DNA from: Tissierellaceae bacterium
GTDB lineage: Bacteria > Bacillota > Clostridia > Tissierellales > Tissierellaceae
NCBI GenBank assembly: GCA_035301545.1
Contig: DATGUA010000065.1
Location: forward strand, 13,519-37,518
Direction: 5' to 3'
Length of the DNA: 24,000 nt
The position numbers and the translations under genes are program-made. Under the pieces are notes generated by a model. That model searched no databases. It saw nothing but the letters and a program-made list of their open reading frames with translations, and had not been told where the DNA came from. Below are positions 1 through 8,944 of the stretch, one piece after another (position 1 is the stretch's first letter; each line of letters starts with the position of its first letter).

Positions 1-97
1 GATAAATTATAATTTCTCCAGGAGCATTAAAATGTTGGATTAATAAAGATTATTAATGTAATAATATATGATATGAGTAGTATAAGGAGTGTATCGA

Positions 98-1202
98 ATG
101 GAAGATATTTATTTAAATAAGGAAAAGTTACAAAAAACTAAGGAGATGATGAAGGAATTAGGGAGGTCTCTTTGACATAGATGAGCTTCGTACTAAGGCA
201 GCTAAAAATGAAGAGCTGTCTTTTCAAGAGGGTTTTTGGGATGATGTGACTGAAGCACAGAGAATAATGCAAGAGACTAAGGAACTTACTGATAAAATAA
301 AGGAATATGAAGATGTATTGTCTGAGATAGAGGACTTAGAGATCTTGATGGAGTTAATGGTAGAAGAAGAATCTTATGATGAATACGAAGAGGTTCATAA
401 TAGTCTAAGAGATATAGTGAAAAAGGCTGATGATTTTAGATTAACTACCTTGTTGAATGGAGAATTTGATAATAATAATGCTATACTATCTATAAATGCA
501 GGAGCTGGAGGACTAGAAGCTCAAGATTGGGCAGAGATGCTTCTAAGACTTTATAGAAGATGGGCTGAAGCTAAAGGTTATGGAATAGATACTTTAGATA
601 TACAAGCAGATACAGAAGGTGGAATAAAGTCTGTTACACTTCTAATAAAGGGAAGTAATTCTTATGGGTATTTAAAATGTGAAAAAGGAGTCCATAGACT
701 TATAAGAATATCACCTTTTGACTCTTCAGGAAAAAGACATACTTCTTTTGCAAGTATAGATGTATTTCCTCAATTAACTGAGGATGTAGATATAGAAATA
801 AATGAAAGAGATATTAAGATTGATACTTATAGATCTTCTGGAGCTGGAGGTCAACATGTAAATACTACAGATTCTGCTATTAGGATGACCCACATACCTA
901 CAGGTATAGTAGTACAATGTCAATCTGAAAGATCTCAACATACTAATAGAATTACAGCTATGAATATGTTAAAGGCAAAACTAGTTCACCTTCGTGAAGA
1001 AGAAAAAAAAGAAAGAATAGAAGATTTACAAGGAAACTATTCACAAATATCTTGGGGGTCACAAATTAGATCCTATATATTCCACCCATACAATATGGTA
1101 AAAGACCATAGAACAGGTATAGAGGTAGGAGATGTTCAGAAGATTATGGATGGAGATATAGATATATTTATAAACGAATGTTTAACACAAAGAGTCCTTT
1201 AA
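98..1202 (+). CDS. prfB: Peptide chain release factor 2 (RF2), made by programmed +1 ribosomal frameshift
   Basis: A short frame-0 ORF runs from ATG98 to the in-frame TGA at 173-175 (MEDIYLNKEKLQKTKEMMKELGRSL*). Reading continues from GAC174 in the +1 frame, which is the frame of the 246..1202 track ORF (174 and 246 differ by 72 nt). The product carries the RF2 hallmarks SPF (RISPFDSSG) and GGQ (SGAGGQHVN). Joined length is about 367 aa. An AAGGAG RBS lies upstream of ATG98. Confidence 0.93.
161..176 (+). promoter_or_regulatory. prfB autoregulatory +1 frameshift site
   Basis: GGGAGG TCT CTT TGA C: an internal Shine-Dalgarno-like GGGAGG, a 3-nt spacer, then the slippery CTT followed by TGA-C. 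This is the same architecture as the classical E. coli/B. subtilis RF2 site, at codon 25/26. Confidence 0.9.
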
Positions 1203-1217
1203 ACAAGGGCTTTTTTT
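1194..1217 (+). terminator. Rho-independent terminator after prfB
   Basis: GTCCTT (1194-1199) pairs with AAGGGC (1205-1210), including one G-U pair, around a 5-nt loop. A T7 run follows at 1211-1217. The stem overlaps the stop codon. Confidence 0.6.
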
Positions 1218-1256
1218 ATAGAGATTAACAATTATTAACAATGGAAAAGAAGGACT

Positions 1257-1284
1257 TTGACAGACTTATCTAGTAACTTACAAT
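1257..1284 (+). promoter_or_regulatory. Putative sigma-A promoter of tex
   Basis: TTGACA (1257-1262), 16-nt spacer, TACAAT (1279-1284), about 27 nt upstream of ATG1311. Confidence 0.5.
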
Positions 1285-1310
1285 TAATGGTAATTAGTGG
1301 AGGGTAAAAT

Positions 1311-3410
1311 ATGAATATAATAGACAATTTAGTAAATGAATTGAAATTAAAGAAAAGACATATAGAAAATGTAGTAGATTTATTAGATGAAGGAAATACG
1401 ATTCCCTTTATAGCTAGGTATCGAAAAGAGCAAACTGGAGAAATGGAAGACACTACTATAAGGGAATTATCCAATAGACTCGAATATCTACGTAATTTAG
1501 AGAAAAGGAAAGAAGAGGTTATAAGATTAATAGATGAACAAGATAAGCTAACAAAAGAACTAAAAAATAAAATTGAAAGATCTACTACATTACAAATGGT
1601 AGAAGACCTATACAGACCATATAGGCAAAAACGTAGAACTAGAGCTACTATGGCTAAGGAAAAAGGTTTAGAAGGTCTATCTAATATTATATTAGAGCAA
1701 GAAATTAATGAGGAAAATTTTCAAGCTGAAATTTTAAAATATATAGATGAAGAAAAAGATGTAAATAATAGAGAAGAAGCATTACAAGGTGCAATGGATA
1801 TTATTGCAGAAGTAATTTCAGATAATGCAGAATATAGAAAGAAGATTAGAGAAATAGCAGATAAAACTGGAAGTATTGAAACTAAAGCAGTAGATGAAGA
1901 AGAGAAAACTGTATATGAAATGTATTACGATTATAATGAACCTATTAAATATATAGTAAATCATAGAATCTTAGCCATTAATAGGGGAGAAAAAGATAAG
2001 AAATTAAGAGTAAGCATTAATCTAGATGATGAAAAGATAATTGATTATATTAAAAGTAAGATGATTAAAGATGAATCCTCTATAACTACTGAATATATAT
2101 CAGAAGCTATAAATGATGGTTATAAAAGATTATTATTTCCATCTATAGAAAGAGAAATCAGAAATAATCTAACTGAAAGAGCAGAGGAAGAAGCTATTAA
2201 GGTGTTTTCTATGAATTTAGAGCCATTACTAATGCAAGCTCCTATTAAAAATAAAATAGTAATGGGAATTGATCCAGGATATAGGACAGGCTGTAAAGTA
2301 GCTATTACAGATGAAATGGGTATGGTTTTAGATTACATAACAGTTTTCCCTACTAAACCTCAAAATCAAGTAGAAAAAACTAAAAAAGAATTAAAAAGAT
2401 TAATAAAAAAATATAATGTGAATATAATTGGAATAGGAAATGGTACTGCATCTAGAGAAACAGAATCTGTAGTAGCAGAAACATTAAAAGAAATAGATGA
2501 AAATACTTCCTACACTATAGTAAGTGAAGCAGGTGCATCTGTATATTCAGCATCTGAAGTAGGGATAAAGGAATTTCCTGATCTAGATGTAACTATTAGA
2601 GGAGCTATCTCTATAGCAAGAAGGCTACAAGATCCTTTAGCAGAACTAGTAAAGATACATCCTAGACATATTGGAGTAGGTCAATATCAACATGATCTAA
2701 ACCAGAAAAAACTAAATGAAGCATTAACAGGAGTGGTAGAGGACAGTGTAAATAGAGTAGGTGTAGATTTAAATACGGCCAGTCCTTCTCTACTTGGATA
2801 TGTAGCTGGAATATCTAATAAAGTATCTAATAATATAGTTAAATATAGGGAAGAGGAGGGAGGATTTAAATCTAGAAAACAAATCTTAGAAGTAAAAGGA
2901 TTAGGACCTAAAACTTTTGAACAATGTGCAGGATTTTTAAGGATCTTAGAAGGAGATAACCCTTTAGACAATACTGGGGTTCATCCAGAGTCATATAATA
3001 TAGCATCTAAAATATTAGAATCAGATATGAGGGACTTAGATATAGATAAATTAACGGAAGAGTTAGAAGTAGGAAAGCCAACTTTAATAGATATAATTCA
3101 AGAGCTAGAAAAGCCAGGAAGAGATCCTAGAGATGAAATGCCTACACCAATACTTAGACAAGATGTTTTAAGTATAGATGATTTAAAACCTGAAATGATA
3201 CTAAAAGGTACTGTAAGAAATGTAGTAGACTTTGGAGCATTTGTAGATATAGGTGTAGATGATGATGGACTTGTACACATTTCACAATTATCAGATAAAT
3301 ATATTAAACATCCTAAAGAGCTAGTGACTGTAGGAGATATAGTTAATGTTAAAATAATTGAAATAGAGAAGGAACGAGGAAGGATTGCTTTAAGTATGAA
3401 GGAAGTATAA
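1311..3410 (+). CDS. tex: Tex-like transcription accessory protein (YqgF/RuvC-like, HhH and C-terminal S1 RNA-binding domains)
   Basis: 699 aa. The N-terminus has the typical Tex sequence (TIPFIARYRKEQTG). A central YqgF-like segment reads GIDPGYRTGCKVA. The C-terminus is an S1 domain (GTVRNVVDFGAFVDIG...VHISQLSD). A GGAGGG RBS precedes the start. Confidence 0.9.
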   Translation: MNIIDNLVNELKLKKRHIENVVDLLDEGNTIPFIARYRKEQTGEMEDTTIRELSNRLEYLRNLEKRKEEVIRLIDEQDKLTKELKNKIERSTTLQMVEDLYRPYRQKRRTRATMAKEKGLEGLSNIILEQEINEENFQAEILKYIDEEKDVNNREEALQGAMDIIAEVISDNAEYRKKIREIADKTGSIETKAVDEEEKTVYEMYYDYNEPIKYIVNHRILAINRGEKDKKLRVSINLDDEKIIDYIKSKMIKDESSITTEYISEAINDGYKRLLFPSIEREIRNNLTERAEEEAIKVFSMNLEPLLMQAPIKNKIVMGIDPGYRTGCKVAITDEMGMVLDYITVFPTKPQNQVEKTKKELKRLIKKYNVNIIGIGNGTASRETESVVAETLKEIDENTSYTIVSEAGASVYSASEVGIKEFPDLDVTIRGAISIARRLQDPLAELVKIHPRHIGVGQYQHDLNQKKLNEALTGVVEDSVNRVGVDLNTASPSLLGYVAGISNKVSNNIVKYREEEGGFKSRKQILEVKGLGPKTFEQCAGFLRILEGDNPLDNTGVHPESYNIASKILESDMRDLDIDKLTEELEVGKPTLIDIIQELEKPGRDPRDEMPTPILRQDVLSIDDLKPEMILKGTVRNVVDFGAFVDIGVDDDGLVHISQLSDKYIKHPKELVTVGDIVNVKIIEIEKERGRIALSMKEV

Positions 3411-3421
3411 GGGGGAAAGAA

Positions 3422-4153
3422 ATGGAAAGTTATAATCAGGATTTTATAGAAGATATAAAATATGACAAGGAAATGGAAGAGTCCTTAAATATTTTGATTA
3501 ATTTATCAGAAGAAATATTTCATGATTTTAAAAATAATCTAGCAACAATTTCAGGACTATCTCAACTAACAGTATTAGAAGAAAATTTATCAATGGGAGC
3601 CAAAGATAATTTAAATACTATTAACAAATCAACACTAGAAAGTAAGAAGGTATTAGATAGGTTTTATAATCTAATTAAAGGATTCGATGTAGAGAAAAAT
3701 GATAATTTATCTCTAGCTAATCTAGTAATTAAAACATTAGAAATGGTAAAGCATAGAATAAATAAGTCTAAAAATGGCAATAAAATAGAATTAAATTTAA
3801 ATTTAAATTCTTCAAGAAAAATATATTGTAATGAATATAAGATGAGACAAGCTATTTTAAATTTAGTATTAAATGCTTTAGATGCAATGGAAGATAATTG
3901 TGGAATCTTAGAGATAAATCTATATGAAAGAGAGGGGGCAGTGATATTAGAAATTTCAGATACAGGAGTAGGTATACCTAAAAAAGATCAAAATCATATA
4001 TTTAATTCTAATTTTACTACGAAGGGGAAAAATGGGACAGGTTATGGATTAAGCATATCTAAAGAAACATTTGAAGAATATGGAGGGAAAGTTTCAGTAG
4101 AAAGTAGAATAGGATATGGTAGTAAGTTTACAGTGGTATTTGATAAGAGTTAA
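3422..4153 (+). CDS. Cytoplasmic orphan histidine kinase (DHp + HATPase_c only, no sensor or TM domain)
   Basis: The H-box FHDFKNNLATISG places the His at residue 34. N-box LNLVLNALDAM, G1 DTGVGIP and G2 GTGYGLS are present. 243 aa with no hydrophobic segments. It starts 11 nt after the tex stop behind a GGGGGAAAG RBS. Confidence 0.75.
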   Translation: MESYNQDFIEDIKYDKEMEESLNILINLSEEIFHDFKNNLATISGLSQLTVLEENLSMGAKDNLNTINKSTLESKKVLDRFYNLIKGFDVEKNDNLSLANLVIKTLEMVKHRINKSKNGNKIELNLNLNSSRKIYCNEYKMRQAILNLVLNALDAMEDNCGILEINLYEREGAVILEISDTGVGIPKKDQNHIFNSNFTTKGKNGTGYGLSISKETFEEYGGKVSVESRIGYGSKFTVVFDKS

Positions 4154-4200
4154 TTGTATAAGATACTGATTTGTAGTGATATCATATAAGGGGGATTTAT

Positions 4201-5361
4201 ATGTTATTTATTAAAAATGGGCTTATATATACTATGAATGATGAAATAGTTAAGAATGGTTCTATATTAATTAAGGATGATAAAATTACAGAAGTAGGGA
4301 AAGATATTATAGCGCCTTTAGATGCTAAAGTAATAGATGCTGAAGGACGAATGGTAACACCAGGATTTATAGAAGCTCATAGTCATATAGGAATGCATGA
4401 AGAAAGTATAGGATTTGAAGGAAATGATGTAAATGAGCAGACCAATCCAATTACTCCTGAATTGAGAGCCATTGATGGAATAAATCCTATGGATGAAGCT
4501 TTTAAAGAAGCTTATCAAGCAGGGATAACTACAGCCATTACTGGTCCAGGAAGTGCTAACATAATAGGTGGAACCTTCGCTGCTATTAAGACTTATGGCC
4601 ATAGGATAGATGATATGATTATAAAGAGTCCTATTGCTATGAAGATAGCTTTTGGGGAAAATCCAAAAAGAGTCTATAATTCTAGAAAAGAATCTCCAGT
4701 AACTCGTATGGCTACAGCAGCAATACTAAGAGAAACATTATTTAAAGCTCAAGAATATATGGAAAAGAAAGATAATGCTAATGATGAATTAGAAATTCCA
4801 GAATTTAATATAAAAATGGAAGCTTTATTACCAGTACTTAGAAAAGAAATACCATTAAAAGCTCATGCACATAGAGCAGATGATATATTTACAGCCCTAA
4901 GAATAGCTAAGGAATTTGATGTAAATATTACTTTAGATCACTGTACAGAAGGACATTTAATTACAGATGATTTAGCTAAGGAAGGTAAATCTGCAATTGT
5001 AGGACCTACATTAGGTAATAAATCTAAATTTGAATTAAAAAATAAAACTTTTAATACTCCTAAAATATTAAATGAAGCTGGAATAAAAATAGCTATAACT
5101 ACAGATTCTCCTGTTATCCCTTTACATTATCTATCTTTATGTGCTGGATTAGCTCATAAAGCAGGACTAGAGGAAATAGAGGCCTTAAAAGCTATAACTA
5201 TAAACCCAGCAGAAATTCTCGGATTAGAAGATAGAATAGGTAGTATAGAACCAGGTAAAGATGCAGATATAGTAATATTTGATGGTAATCCAATTAAAGA
5301 TATAGATTATAAAACTTACAAAACTATTATTGATGGAAAAGTAGTATATGAAAAGAAGTAA
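4201..5361 (+). CDS. Metal-dependent amidohydrolase family protein (COG1228-like)
   Basis: An N-terminal HxH metal motif (FIEAHSHIG), a later His (AHAHRADD) and a C-terminal GKDADIV aspartate motif are typical of the amidohydrolase superfamily. The substrate cannot be inferred. Confidence 0.75.
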   Translation: MLFIKNGLIYTMNDEIVKNGSILIKDDKITEVGKDIIAPLDAKVIDAEGRMVTPGFIEAHSHIGMHEESIGFEGNDVNEQTNPITPELRAIDGINPMDEAFKEAYQAGITTAITGPGSANIIGGTFAAIKTYGHRIDDMIIKSPIAMKIAFGENPKRVYNSRKESPVTRMATAAILRETLFKAQEYMEKKDNANDELEIPEFNIKMEALLPVLRKEIPLKAHAHRADDIFTALRIAKEFDVNITLDHCTEGHLITDDLAKEGKSAIVGPTLGNKSKFELKNKTFNTPKILNEAGIKIAITTDSPVIPLHYLSLCAGLAHKAGLEEIEALKAITINPAEILGLEDRIGSIEPGKDADIVIFDGNPIKDIDYKTYKTIIDGKVVYEKK

Positions 5362-5378
5362 TATTATAATTATAAATA

Positions 5379-5407
5379 TTGACAAATCATTAAATAATGA
5401 ATATAAT
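5379..5407 (+). promoter_or_regulatory. Consensus sigma-A promoter driving the FMN riboswitch/ribU
   Basis: TTGACA (5379-5384), 17-nt spacer, TATAAT (5402-5407). Confidence 0.7.
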
Positions 5408-5435
5408 TAAGTTAATATAATTGAATTTAAATAAT

Positions 5436-5545
5436 ATCTTCAGGGGGAGGTGTAAATCCTCACCGGCGGTATAGCCCGCGAGCCCATATGTGGTTGACTT
5501 GGTTAGATTCCAAGGCCGACAGTTAAAGTCTGGATGAAAGAAGAT
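5436..5545 (+). promoter_or_regulatory. FMN riboswitch (RFN element)
   Basis: Contains the conserved RFN core strings CAGGGG..GGTG.AAATCC.CACCGGCGGTA.AGCCCGCGAGC ... GGTT.GATTCC...GCCGACAGT.AAAGTCTGGATG. The P1 helix is ATCTTC (5436-5441) paired with GAAGAT (5540-5545). It sits upstream of a riboflavin transporter gene. Confidence 0.92.
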
Positions 5546-5576
5546 GCATTTGACCTATATAATTTGTGTCTAATTG

Positions 5577-5601
5577 CCCCGGAGATACTCTGGGGTTTTT
5601 T
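5577..5601 (+). terminator. Riboswitch expression-platform terminator
   Basis: CCCCGGAG (5577-5584) pairs with CTCTGGGG (5588-5595) around a 3-nt loop. A T6 run follows at 5596-5601. It lies between the aptamer and the ribU RBS. Confidence 0.85.
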
Positions 5602-5639
5602 AATCCCTAGAATAATAGAATATTTTAGGAGGAATTTAA

Positions 5640-6239
5640 ATGTATACTTTAAGTAAAGATTGTTGGAATACAAAAAACATGGTAAAGATTTCTGTACTTG
5701 CAGTAATAGGAATGGTCTTGATGTTTTTTGATATATCTGCTTGGTTTGCACCATCATTTTTAAAATTAGACATATCAGATTTACCAGGATTAATAGGTGC
5801 CTTTGCCATGGGTCCTATGGCAGGAGTATTAGTGCAATTGGTTAAAAATATGTTAAGTCTCTTTATCGAAGGTTCGTCAACTGGAGGAGTAGGAGAATTA
5901 TCTAACTTTTTAGTAGGTAGTGCTTTAGTCTATACTGCAGGATTTATATATTATAGGAAAAAAACATTTAAGAATGCTGTGATAGGAATGGTATGTGGAG
6001 TTCTTTTAATGACATTATTTGCAAGTTTTAGTAATTATTTTGTAGTGTTTCCTATATATGCTAAATTAATGCCTTTAGATGAAATAATACACGCAGCAAG
6101 TTTAGTAAATAGATTTGTGTACGATTATAAAACATTAATATTATATGCAGTAGTGCCTTTTAATATATTGAAGGGTACAATAGTTTCTATAATTACACTT
6201 TTAATATATAAAAGAGTATCACCAATACTTCGTATGTAA
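5640..6239 (+). CDS. ribU: Riboflavin transporter, ECF-type S component RibU
   Basis: 199 aa polytopic membrane protein, closely resembling B. subtilis RibU/YpaA as I recall it (VLMFFD...PSFLKLDISDLPGLIGAFAMGP..G...L.KN, ...PFNILKG). AGGAGG lies 7 nt upstream. It is preceded by the FMN riboswitch. Confidence 0.88.
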   Translation: MYTLSKDCWNTKNMVKISVLAVIGMVLMFFDISAWFAPSFLKLDISDLPGLIGAFAMGPMAGVLVQLVKNMLSLFIEGSSTGGVGELSNFLVGSALVYTAGFIYYRKKTFKNAVIGMVCGVLLMTLFASFSNYFVVFPIYAKLMPLDEIIHAASLVNRFVYDYKTLILYAVVPFNILKGTIVSIITLLIYKRVSPILRM

Positions 6240-6298
6240 TAAAGTAATTAAATTCAATTATTAAATTATTATATTATTTATTTGAGGGAGGATTATTA

Positions 6299-7387
6299 AT
6301 GAGAAGAAAATGGTTGACAATAGGTTTATCACTATTATTAGTATTTACCTTAGTAGCATGTAATAGTGATGATGGAGGGACAGAAGAGTCAAAGGCAGAG
6401 GTTAGTGGCTCAGTTGATGAAGACTTTACAGTTACTATGGTATCAGATGAAGGTGGTATAAATGATCAGTCCTATAATCAAACAGCACATGAAGGTTTAG
6501 AAAAGGTAAAAGAAGACTTTGGTATAGATATAAATTATCAAGAATCACATCAAGCAGCAGATTATGCACCAAATTTTGAAATATTACTTGATATTGAATC
6601 AGATTTAATATGGGGTGTAGGTTATAAATTAGCAGATGAAACTTATGATTCAGCAATTAATAATCCAGATACTTTATATGGTATAGTAGATTATTCATTT
6701 GAAGATGATCCTGATTATCCAGAAGGAACACCGGAAAACCTAGTTGGAGTATTATTTAAAGCTGAACAACCTTCATTTCTTGTAGGTTATATAGCAGGTA
6801 TGATGACAGAAAGCGATAGTGTAGGATTTATTGGCGGAGACAAAGGTGATGCAATTGGATTATTTGATTATGGATATCAAGCAGGAGTAAATTATGCAGC
6901 AAAAGAATTAGATAAAGATATAGATATATCAATTCAATATGTAGAATCTTTCTCAGATGCAAGTAAGGGTAAATCTATGGCTACTAGTATGTATCAACAA
7001 GGAAAAGATATAGTATTCCATGCAGCAGGTGGGGCAGGAGATGGAGTTATAGAAGCAGCTAAAGAGGAAGATAAATGGGTAATAGGTGTAGATAAGGACC
7101 AACACTATATGGCTCCAGATAATGTATTAACATCAGCTATGAAAAGAGTAGATGTAGGTATATATAATGTAGTAGAAGATTTAGTGGATGATGATTTTCC
7201 AAGTGGACAAACTGTAACTTATGGTTTAGAAGATGAAGGAGCAGTAGATATAGCACCATCATCAGAAGAAAATGTACCAACTGAAATATTAGAAAAAGTA
7301 GAAGAAATTAAACAAGATATTATAGATGGGAAAATAATAGTACCAAATGACGAAAAAAGCTTAGAAGACTTTTTATCTAATTTATAG
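6299..7387 (+). CDS. BMP-family (PnrA/Med-like) substrate-binding lipoprotein
   Basis: The signal peptide has a lipobox (LLLVFTLVAC-NSDD). The mature part has BMP/Med-family features (MVSDEGGINDQSYNQ, FIGG, VIGVDKDQ). No ABC permease or ATPase genes are adjacent. Confidence 0.8.
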   Translation: MRRKWLTIGLSLLLVFTLVACNSDDGGTEESKAEVSGSVDEDFTVTMVSDEGGINDQSYNQTAHEGLEKVKEDFGIDINYQESHQAADYAPNFEILLDIESDLIWGVGYKLADETYDSAINNPDTLYGIVDYSFEDDPDYPEGTPENLVGVLFKAEQPSFLVGYIAGMMTESDSVGFIGGDKGDAIGLFDYGYQAGVNYAAKELDKDIDISIQYVESFSDASKGKSMATSMYQQGKDIVFHAAGGAGDGVIEAAKEEDKWVIGVDKDQHYMAPDNVLTSAMKRVDVGIYNVVEDLVDDDFPSGQTVTYGLEDEGAVDIAPSSEENVPTEILEKVEEIKQDIIDGKIIVPNDEKSLEDFLSNL

Positions 7388-7447
7388 TAATATACATACT
7401 AGGTAAATTTGAAACAAAAAACTTTATTTTAAAAAGGAGGATATATA

Positions 7448-8944
7448 ATGAATGAAGTTTTAGAAATAATAAAATCACAAAAACTTACTTATGAACAAAA
7501 AGTATCATCTTTAGCAGGTGCTGCTGAAAATACTCTAAATGTATTAGATATACCAGAAGAAACTGAATATTATTTTGAAAAGAATATAATTGATGACCTA
7601 TTTGAAGGAAATGCACCTTATAGGCCAAGATATATACTTCCAGACTATGATAAATTTATAAAGAATGGAAGTGAGTTTTTACAATTAGATCCTCCAGAGG
7701 ATTTAGATGAATTGTTAAATTCATTAATGATTCTTTATCGTCATGTTCCATCTATTACAAGTTTTCCAGTATACTTAGGAAATTTAGATAAAATGATAGA
7801 CCCATTTCTTGATGGATATAGTGATGAGGAAATAAAGAAAAAATTAAAACTATTTTTAAACTATTTAGATAGAACTATTACAGATAGCTTTTGTCATGCA
7901 AATCTAGGACCAGAAGATACTCGTGCAGGGAGACTTATTTTACAAGTAGAAAAAGACTTACAGAATGCTGTACCTAATTTTACCTTTAAATATGATTCAG
8001 ATATTACATCTGATGAAATAGCTGAACTAGCCTTATATACTAGTATGTTTTGTGCTAATCCTGCAATGGCAAATCATAAGCTTATTAAAGATACTTATAC
8101 CACTGATTATGGAATAGCAAGTTGTTACAATATATTACCATTAGCTGGAGGGGCTTATACTCTTTCAAGAATAGTACTACCTAAGGCAGCTAAAGAAGCA
8201 AAGGATATAGATGATTTTTTTGAAAATATACTTCCACAATCTCTTAAGAGAATGGGAGATTATATGAATGAAAGAGTTAGATTTTTAGTAGAGGAATCAG
8301 GATTCTTTGAAAGTTCATTCTTAGTTAAAGAAGGGTTAATCCATAAAGATAATTTTATAGGGATGTTTGGAATTGTAGGTTTAGCAGATTGCACAAATAT
8401 ATTATTAGAGGGAAAAGGGAAAAAATATGGACATGATGATGAGGCAGATGATTTAGCTGATAAGATCATCCACACTATATCAGAATTTGTAACAGGTTTT
8501 ACAGCTAAATATTCTCCGATTTCTAATGGACACTTTATGTTACATGCACAAGTAGGTATGGATTATGATAAAGGAATAACAGCAGGTGTTAGAATTCCAG
8601 TAGGAGATGAGCCAGAAAATATATTTGATCATCTACGTCATAGTGCTAGATTCCATGAATTGATACCTACAGGATGTAGTGATATTTTTGCAATGGAAAC
8701 TACAGCAAGAAAGAATCCATCTGCAATATTAGATGTGGTAAAAGGAGCATTTAATCTTGGAGTTAAATATATAAGTTTCTATGAGGAAAATGGTGATCTA
8801 GTAAGAATAACAGGATATTTAGTAAAAAGAAGTGAAATGGAAAAATATAAAAATGATGAAGCAGTCTTACAAAATACTACACATTTAGGAGGGCCAAATT
8901 ACGATAATAATAATCTAAAAGATAGAAAGGTACGTGGTGTATGA
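7448..8944 (+). CDS. YjjI-family (DUF3029-like) putative glycyl-radical enzyme
   Basis: 498 aa. The C-terminal DLVRITGYLVKR resembles the glycyl-radical fingerprint (RVxGY / NrdD-like RxCGYL). It is translationally coupled (ATGA overlap at 8941-8944) to a radical-SAM activase. The family assignment is from memory of the E. coli yjjI-yjjW pair and was not searched. Confidence 0.6.
   Translation: MNEVLEIIKSQKLTYEQKVSSLAGAAENTLNVLDIPEETEYYFEKNIIDDLFEGNAPYRPRYILPDYDKFIKNGSEFLQLDPPEDLDELLNSLMILYRHVPSITSFPVYLGNLDKMIDPFLDGYSDEEIKKKLKLFLNYLDRTITDSFCHANLGPEDTRAGRLILQVEKDLQNAVPNFTFKYDSDITSDEIAELALYTSMFCANPAMANHKLIKDTYTTDYGIASCYNILPLAGGAYTLSRIVLPKAAKEAKDIDDFFENILPQSLKRMGDYMNERVRFLVEESGFFESSFLVKEGLIHKDNFIGMFGIVGLADCTNILLEGKGKKYGHDDEADDLADKIIHTISEFVTGFTAKYSPISNGHFMLHAQVGMDYDKGITAGVRIPVGDEPENIFDHLRHSARFHELIPTGCSDIFAMETTARKNPSAILDVVKGAFNLGVKYISFYEENGDLVRITGYLVKRSEMEKYKNDEAVLQNTTHLGGPNYDNNNLKDRKVRGV

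Noticed and set aside
1-97. Possible 3' end of an upstream gene (frame-1 stop at 10-12) before prfB
   Set aside because: Only 3 codons are visible, so nothing can be supported.
1235-1474. Antisense or overlapping track ORFs at 1235-1474, 2687-2971, 3098-3280, 4318-4602, 5503-5757, 6435-6656, 8260-8475, 9668-9901, 11526-11708, 18347-18631 and 21524-21715
   Set aside because: Each lies opposite a well-supported + strand gene, or across the FMN riboswitch in the case of 5503-5757. All have low-complexity, Ser/Leu/Ile/Phe-rich translations, no recognisable motifs and no convincing RBS. Such ORFs are typical artefacts of AT-rich genomes.
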